Part shown: positions 36,654 through 42,138 of the stretch, one piece after another | Layout of the letters: every line of letters starts with the position of its first letter | Position numbering within the stretch: position 1 is the first letter of the stretch | Source of the DNA: Octopus bimaculoides | Taxonomy: Eukaryota | Length of the DNA stretch: 42,138 bases | NCBI RefSeq assembly: GCF_001194135.2 | Contig: NC_068983.1 | Location: forward strand, 80,312,516-80,354,653 | Direction of reading: 5' to 3' | The notes under the pieces: generated by a model | What the model was told of the DNA's origin: nothing | What the model saw: only the letters and a program-made list of their open reading frames with translations | Database searches by the model: none | Program-made: the position numbers and the translations under genes

Positions 36654-36872
36654 TATTGGTTTCAAATTTTGACACAAGGCAAGCAATTTCGGGGGAGAAA
36701 GTAAATTGATTACATCGATTCCAATGCTCAATTAGTACTTATTTTATGGGGCGCAGAACGATGAAAGGTGAACTCGACGTCGGCGGAATTTGAACTCGGA
36801 ACATAAAGATGAACAAAATGTTGCTAAGTATTTTGTCCGACCTGCTGTCTGTTCTCTTAGCTCGCTGCCTTC
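36654..36872 (-). mobile_element. tRNA-derived SINE, family C
   Basis: Minus strand head gaaggcagcgagc, then gttccgagttcaaattccgccgacgtcgag, tail ccttgtgtcaaaatttgaaacc. Flanked by atgtcactaaa (36643-36653, 36873-36883). Confidence 0.75.
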
Positions 36873-36883
36873 ATGTCACTAAA

Positions 36884-37100
36884 CATTGATTTCAAACTTT
36901 GGCACAAGGCCAGCAATTTCGGGAGAGGGGTTAAGTCGATGACATCGATTCCAGCGATCAACTGGTACTTATTTTATCGACCTCGAAAGGATGAAAGACA
37001 AAGTCGACCTCGGCGCCATTTGAACTCAGAACGTAAGGACGGATGAAATACCGCTAAGCATTTTGCTCAGCGTGCTAACGATCCTGCCAGGTCGTCATTA
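36884..37100 (-). mobile_element. SINE family C, second tandem copy
   Basis: Minus strand ctggcaggatcgttagcacg..cgttctgagttcaaatggcgccgaggtcgactttgtctttcatcctttcgagg..ccttgtgccaaagtttgaaatc. Confidence 0.8.
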
Positions 37101-37469
37101 AATATTGAAATGCGTTTAGTGCAGCGTTTATTTCATGTCTTCGCTACTCCACAGACAATTAATTTAATGATAACGAATGAAAGTGTAAATTTCCAGTGAA
37201 AAATCTTTCAAGTTTATAATCAAGCATTATTGCACTTTAGGGACATGTAAAGCTTGATCTTAAGAACAGTATCTAACAATGACATCAAAATAGCTATTAG
37301 ATCAAAAGAAACAGTGATATATATACATACATACATACATGCATGCATGCATGTATACATACACACACACTTATACATATAAAGGGAAAAAAGAAATACA
37401 CACAAAGACACGCATGTGTGTTTGTGTATGTATACACACCCGTCTTCGTCTTTTGTTTTTTTGTAAATT

Positions 37470-37482
37470 CTCTCTCTCTCTC

Positions 37483-37532
<50 letters not shown>

Positions 37533-37616
37533 NNNNNNNNNNNNNNNNNNNNNNNNNNNNNNNNNNNNNNNNNNNNNNNNNNNNNNNNNNNNNNNNNNNN
37601 NNNNNNNNNNNNNNNN
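37470..37616. repeat. (CT)n microsatellite running into an assembly gap (37533-37616)
   Basis: Direct reading. Confidence 0.95.
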
Positions 37617-38057
37617 ATATATATATCAAGGGAGAGAGCGAAAGAGATATACGCACATATTCAAACATGATATGATACTCTTTGTGAACCTTCCTTTCAT
37701 CGTCTGCAATACAAATTCTTTTGTGATTATTTCTATCTCTTCAGATTTATCTGTCACTATTTTTATTATCTTACTCTTTCTTCTTTTAGTCTCGCCGTCT
37801 TTATCTTTTTTCCTTTCATCGTACAGTCTATTGTTGCATTTGAGAGCTTTAATTGCCACGTTACTTAGTGTTACTCAAGTCGGTTGTGTGTTGGACTAAA
37901 CCGAATAAAAGGGTCGGGATTTCATTTCCTCTTATCGGCTTTGGTCAATATTCGTGAACAAAGAAACGTAACATCTGCTAGTTAATAACGCTTAAAATAC
38001 CTATTACGTATACAGATATTAAAGTTACTAAATTTAAGTCTCAATATTTTCATTGAT

Positions 38058-38205
38058 TAAGGTAGAACCGTCAGCCCGCCGGGCAAAATACTAGCCGGCT
38101 TTTCGTCTGTCTTTATGTTCTGAGTTCAAATTCCGCCGAGTTTGACTTTGTCTTTCACCCTTTCGGAGTCTCTAACATAAGTATCAGCTGAGCGCTGGGA
38201 AGTAA
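38058..38205 (+). mobile_element. SINE family C fragment
   Basis: gttctgagttcaaattccgccgagtttgactttgtctttcaccctttcgg. Confidence 0.7.
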
Positions 38206-39424
38206 GTGTTGTAGAAATGATTTACACTGTCATTATGTCTGAGATGTTTTCGTCGTGGTTGTTTAGGATTAAATACCCGGATATCGGCTCCACAAGCCTT
38301 TTCGTTCCAGCAGGTCACATGACCTTGTGATTAGCTGAACTTGTTCGTATTGGTCGGTTTCCAGCCGTCCAATCGTGTTGGCTCAACAGTTCGTTTTTCC
38401 TTACGCAGGAAAACTCTAGGAACCTACTGATCTCTATAAGAATGTCAGTTCTCGACTGCTCTAGGTCTTTGGTACACGTCACTAACCACACGCAACTCGT
38501 CTTTGAAAACGATGTATCTGACACCAGCCAGCCATCGCTTTCATCTACACCAGACGCCTGCCTACATCGTTGCTGCTGAACACACCACACGATCAACAGA
38601 CCAACGGCTGTCTCAGCACACCACCAAACAGTACCTACAAGATCAACAGTCCAGCCTGACCACGAAGTCTCTCACACATCTTTGGTGTAACCTGTTGTTA
38701 TTTTATTTCATGTATGACAATCATTGAATTTTATAACGGAAAATAAATCGTCGCTTACCAGTTCATTTCATCTCAAGTCGTATATCATTTTTACAATTCC
38801 CTTATTTACCATCTTCGTTGTAGGTCGATGTAATTAATTTATCCCCTTCCACGGACTTTCTGGTCTTGTGCCCAAATTTGAAAACAATATTTTTATTGAT
38901 GTCTTAAAGGTTTAGAAAAAGGCGCAGAAGTAATTCCCCGGCCGTCCCGCCACCATCTATGTTGTAACCCGAGGCCAGAATTTTCAGCTTTTTGCGTCAC
39001 CATCGTCGTTCTAATTGTTTAACCCCAGGTCAAACTTGATTGAACACACCTATTATCAAAGTTGTTCCAGCACAACTCAGATATGACGCCTTGGGCAAGT
39101 ATTTTTTTTTATAGCCTCGGATCGATCCGTTACATTATGAGTGAAATTAGGTGGGGAAAAAACTATAAAGAAGCCTTTCAGATGAATTGTACACGTGATT
39201 CTAAAGGTACAACCTTATCATACAATGTGTAACGCTGCTTCGGCATGAGAGTTACGTTAACGGTACAGTTGTGGGTGGGAATGCTTATCTAACATATACG
39301 TTAATTCAGAAGCAAGGAATTCATTTAATCGAAATGCTGAATCCTCTGTTATTATCGTTATTACCATTAATACGTTTATCCTACGCGATACCGCACCGGA
39401 CGAAATGCATAGCGGGATTTCATC

Positions 39425-39770
39425 TGGCTTTACATTCTGAGTTTAAATGTTTCCTTTCGGGGCCGATAAAATAAATACCAGTTAAGCACTGGGATCGATG
39501 TAATCGACTTAGCCTTTCCCCCGAAATTGCTTGTACCAAAATCTGAGACCATTATAATTATTATAGATAAGGCGGCGAACTGGCAGACTCGTAAGCATGC
39601 CGAGCAAAATGCGTTGCAGTATTTCGCCTGTCTTTACGTTCTGAGATCAAATTTCGCCGAAGTCGACTTTCGGGATTGATAAAATAAGTACCAATTGAGC
39701 ACTGAGGTCGCTGTAATCGACTGTCCCCCACCACCAAAAATTTTAGGCCTCGTGTGTATGGTAGAAAGAA
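39425..39770 (+). mobile_element. Two SINE family C copies (39425-39555 fragment; 39569-39770 near full)
   Basis: aaggcggcgaactggcagactcgtaagcatg head and gatgtaatcgact..ccc..aaatt tail motifs. Confidence 0.75.
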
Positions 39771-39987
39771 TTGGCACTCCGTCGGTTACGGCGACAAAGG
39801 TTCCAGTTGATCCGATTAACAGAACAGCCTGCTTATGAAATTAACGTGCAAGTGGCTGAGTACTCCACTGATACCTGTACCCCTTGACGTTGTTCTCAAT
39901 GATATTAAGGGACACAACGCGCCGCTGAGAATCGAACTCACGATCGGGAGTCGAATACTGTAACCATTAAGCCACGCGCCTTCACAC
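39771..39987 (-). mobile_element. SINE with family-B 3' tail but a different tRNA head
   Basis: The tail is the reverse complement of gtggagtgctcagccacttgcacgttaatttc..gacggagtgccaa. The head is gaaggcgcgtggcttaatggtt..gagttcgattc..gcgttgtgtccctt. Confidence 0.7.
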
Positions 39988-40109
39988 TAGAAAGAATTAT
40001 TATTAGAGATTCTACATGTGTTATGGTTATTATCTTAATAACTAATCATTATCACCGCCTTCGCTGTACTGGTCCTTACTCCACCTCACATCTGCATTTA
40101 CAGCGTATA

Positions 40110-40991
40110 CGAGGGAGTACCGAAAGAAACCGGAATTTTGCAATATTTTATTCACTTAGTTTTACGTATTTATACTTTTACTGCCTTCACGGTATTCTCC
40201 ATTTGAAGCAATGCATCGGTCCAGATGCGTTTTCTACTGTTCGAAGCAGTCCTGGAACTCTTGCGAAGTGATGCCGTCGTTTTTTACTTCACCACTTCCA
40301 CATCTGTAAACGTTTTCCTTTAAGGACATTTTTTTGCAAGGAGCAAGATCGGATAAATAGGGAGGATGATCAAGCAGGGTCATGCTATTTTGGGTCGAAA
40401 ACTGTCTCACACTCGAGGCGGTGTGCACAGGCGCATTGTCATGATGAAACCACCACTCTCCACTTTGTCACGGGTCAGGGCATTTTCGTCTTACCGCTTC
40501 AGAACTGCCTAGTAAAATGTCTAGTTAACAGTTTGACCAGGAGGAACAAATTCTGTGTGGACAATTGAAACAAATCAGCATCGTTTTAATATGGAACTTC
40601 ACTTGACATGCTTTTGAGGTGCGTAGTGACATCGAATGCTTCCGTAGCACCAGCTTTCGTCACCAGTGGTCAACTTCCAACTGTTCTTACGACATTTAGT
40701 TGTGACTGCTTTTGATCTTCCGTGAGCAAGTGACGCACAAATTTTGCTGCAAGTCTTTTCATTCGCAATTCCTCGACAACTTTAACATGGAATAACTTGC
40801 GATGTACATTTTTTTGTTAAGAAGACTAAGAGTAAAAGATGTTTTATATGACACATTCTCAGTCATATCAACAAGTTAGTGAATTATTGACAACGGTCCT
40901 CCAAGATCAGTTCATGAATTTTCGTGATGTTTTCATTCGTTCGGGAGATCGACGATTGCCCTGAACGAGGTTGGTCTTGAAGCGGCAAGTG
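40110..40991 (-). mobile_element. Mariner (Tc1/mariner) element remnant, 5' end lost
   Basis: TA|cgagggagtaccgaaagaaaccgg terminal repeat at 40110. Minus-strand motifs: DQPRSG..TNENITKIHELILEDR, AKFVRHLLTEDQK, TTGDESWCYG, WFHHDNAPVHTA, HPPYLSDLAPC. Confidence 0.88.
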
Positions 40992-40997
40992 ATCATT

Positions 40998-41062
40998 CCT
41001 ATATGTAAGTATGTGTATGTATGATGTATGCATGAATGATGTATGTGTGTATGTATGTGTAA
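40998..41062. repeat. Degenerate (ATGT)n microsatellite
   Basis: Direct reading. Confidence 0.8.
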
Positions 41063-41405
41063 ATATTTAGTAGTTTGTGGAATTGCAAATTTAGCAATCA
41101 CACAATATGTAGTAAGGTCACCAGTGGGGGTAACAAATTTAGTGGATTGGTTGTTACCAATTTAACGAATACCTCTATAACATGTGTGTGAAAACAATCC
41201 AGAAGGCAAGATGGTTCAAAGTTGTAACGTGTTCAAATGTGTCAATGTCACAATATTACATGGAATGAAGTGTATGTAGAAATAAAATGTCAGAAGGCAT
41301 GTTGTTAATAATATATAGAGATTTATTCTTTTCGTGTAACACACAGGTGTTGAAGTAAAAAGAATTCCGGATCCCCTTTAAACGGCAGATCGAGAAATTA
41401 ATTTT

Positions 41406-41570
41406 CTGTAACTAAACACTTTTAAACTTCGGACACTGGTAGAATGTGTCATATAGAACATCTTTTACTCTTAGTGTTGTTGAGAAAAGTTTCTATTTTC
41501 AAAGTTATTTCGTGTTAAAGTTGTCGTATTTCGGTAATTTCAACCAATCAATGACATGTATTCAGCTGAA
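41406..41570 (+). mobile_element. Older copy of the arm sequence found at 41829-41970
   Basis: tgtaactaaacacttttaaacttcg..tatagaaca..atttcggtaatttcaaccaatcaatgacatgtattcag aligns with ggtaccgaaagactttcaaacttcg..tatagaaca..atttcgataatttcaaccaatcactgacaagtattcag. Confidence 0.65.
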
Positions 41571-41828
41571 TAAAATTACTGCTGTTGTTTGTCAACAACA
41601 ACTTCCAGCAGTGTATATTTCGTATGTCACTGTTATTTATGACATATTTCATCTCAGTTACGTTTGTATGAATAAACGAGTGTACCTGAAACATGTTTAC
41701 TTCATGGCACCACGATAATCGTTCGTGCATTTCTACTGCTTTTAGATGTGTTTCCTGTTTTTCAGCTACTATGGATCTTTTTTAAAACGGGGGCCACATT
41801 TTTCATTAATGTTTTACGTAGTGTTTTT

Positions 41829-42138
41829 GGTACCGAAAGACTTTCAAACTTCGTATACTTATCTATTTTGTGTTATAGAACAGAAAAATATCTTTGTATT
41901 CGAATTTATTTCATGTAAAAAATTGTCTTATTTCGATAATTTCAACCAATCACTGACAAGTATTCAGTTGTTTACATTTACTCCTTTGGCTCATTAAGCG
42001 ATGTAAAGCGTATTTAATCTCCATACCTTCGTTTTATTTGCTTTTTTCATTTTAAATTTGCTTTAACCCTAACCCTAACTCTAACCCTAACCCTAACCCT
42101 AGGGTTAGGGTTAGGGTTAGGGTTAGGATTAGGGTTAA
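41829..42138. mobile_element. Left arm and centre of a probable foldback element ending in a (CCCTAA)n/(TTAGGG)n palindrome
   Basis: Starts GGTAC at 41829. 42063-42100 and 42101-42138 are 38-bp inverted arms (2 mismatches, no loop) made of telomeric hexamers. Confidence 0.6.

Noticed and set aside
38315-38727. Overlapping ORFs on both strands, possibly a retroelement integrase tail
   Set aside because: No diagnostic gag/pol motif, PBS, PPT or paired LTR was found.
42063-42138. Telomere-fusion scar or true chromosome end
   Set aside because: The orientation is CCCTAA then TTAGGG, opposite to an end-to-end fusion. The array is short and symmetrical rather than a terminal TTAGGG tract.

Overview
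AT-rich, repeat-dense eukaryotic scaffold with four N-gaps and long microsatellites. The SINE, LINE-tail and microsatellite landscape is what I recognise from octopod cephalopods (Octopus); that attribution is recall, not a search result. The only host gene I can support is mitochondrial ribosomal protein S11 (MRPS11/uS11m) on the minus strand. Three coding exons (11527-11605, 8741-8882, 7549-7676) splice in frame with GT-AG sites. The 3' exons are not in the window, and the first exon/promoter probably lies near 28.3-29.2 kb, where CpG content rises sharply. The rest is transposon-derived: many copies of at least three tRNA-derived SINE families, RTE and L2-like LINE remnants, a full-length dead Tigger/pogo element, and decayed mariner, Mutator (MULE) and Merlin/ISXO2 transposase remnants. 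The most unusual signal is a set of GGTAC...GTACC foldback elements carrying inverted telomeric hexamers (27284-27490 with an 8-bp TSD, 25487-25997, and 41829 to the window end, which is a near-perfect CCCTAA/TTAGGG palindrome). They sit in the same window as a Merlin-type transposase relic. Most ORF-track entries are spurious (microsatellite, SINE or N-gap read-through).
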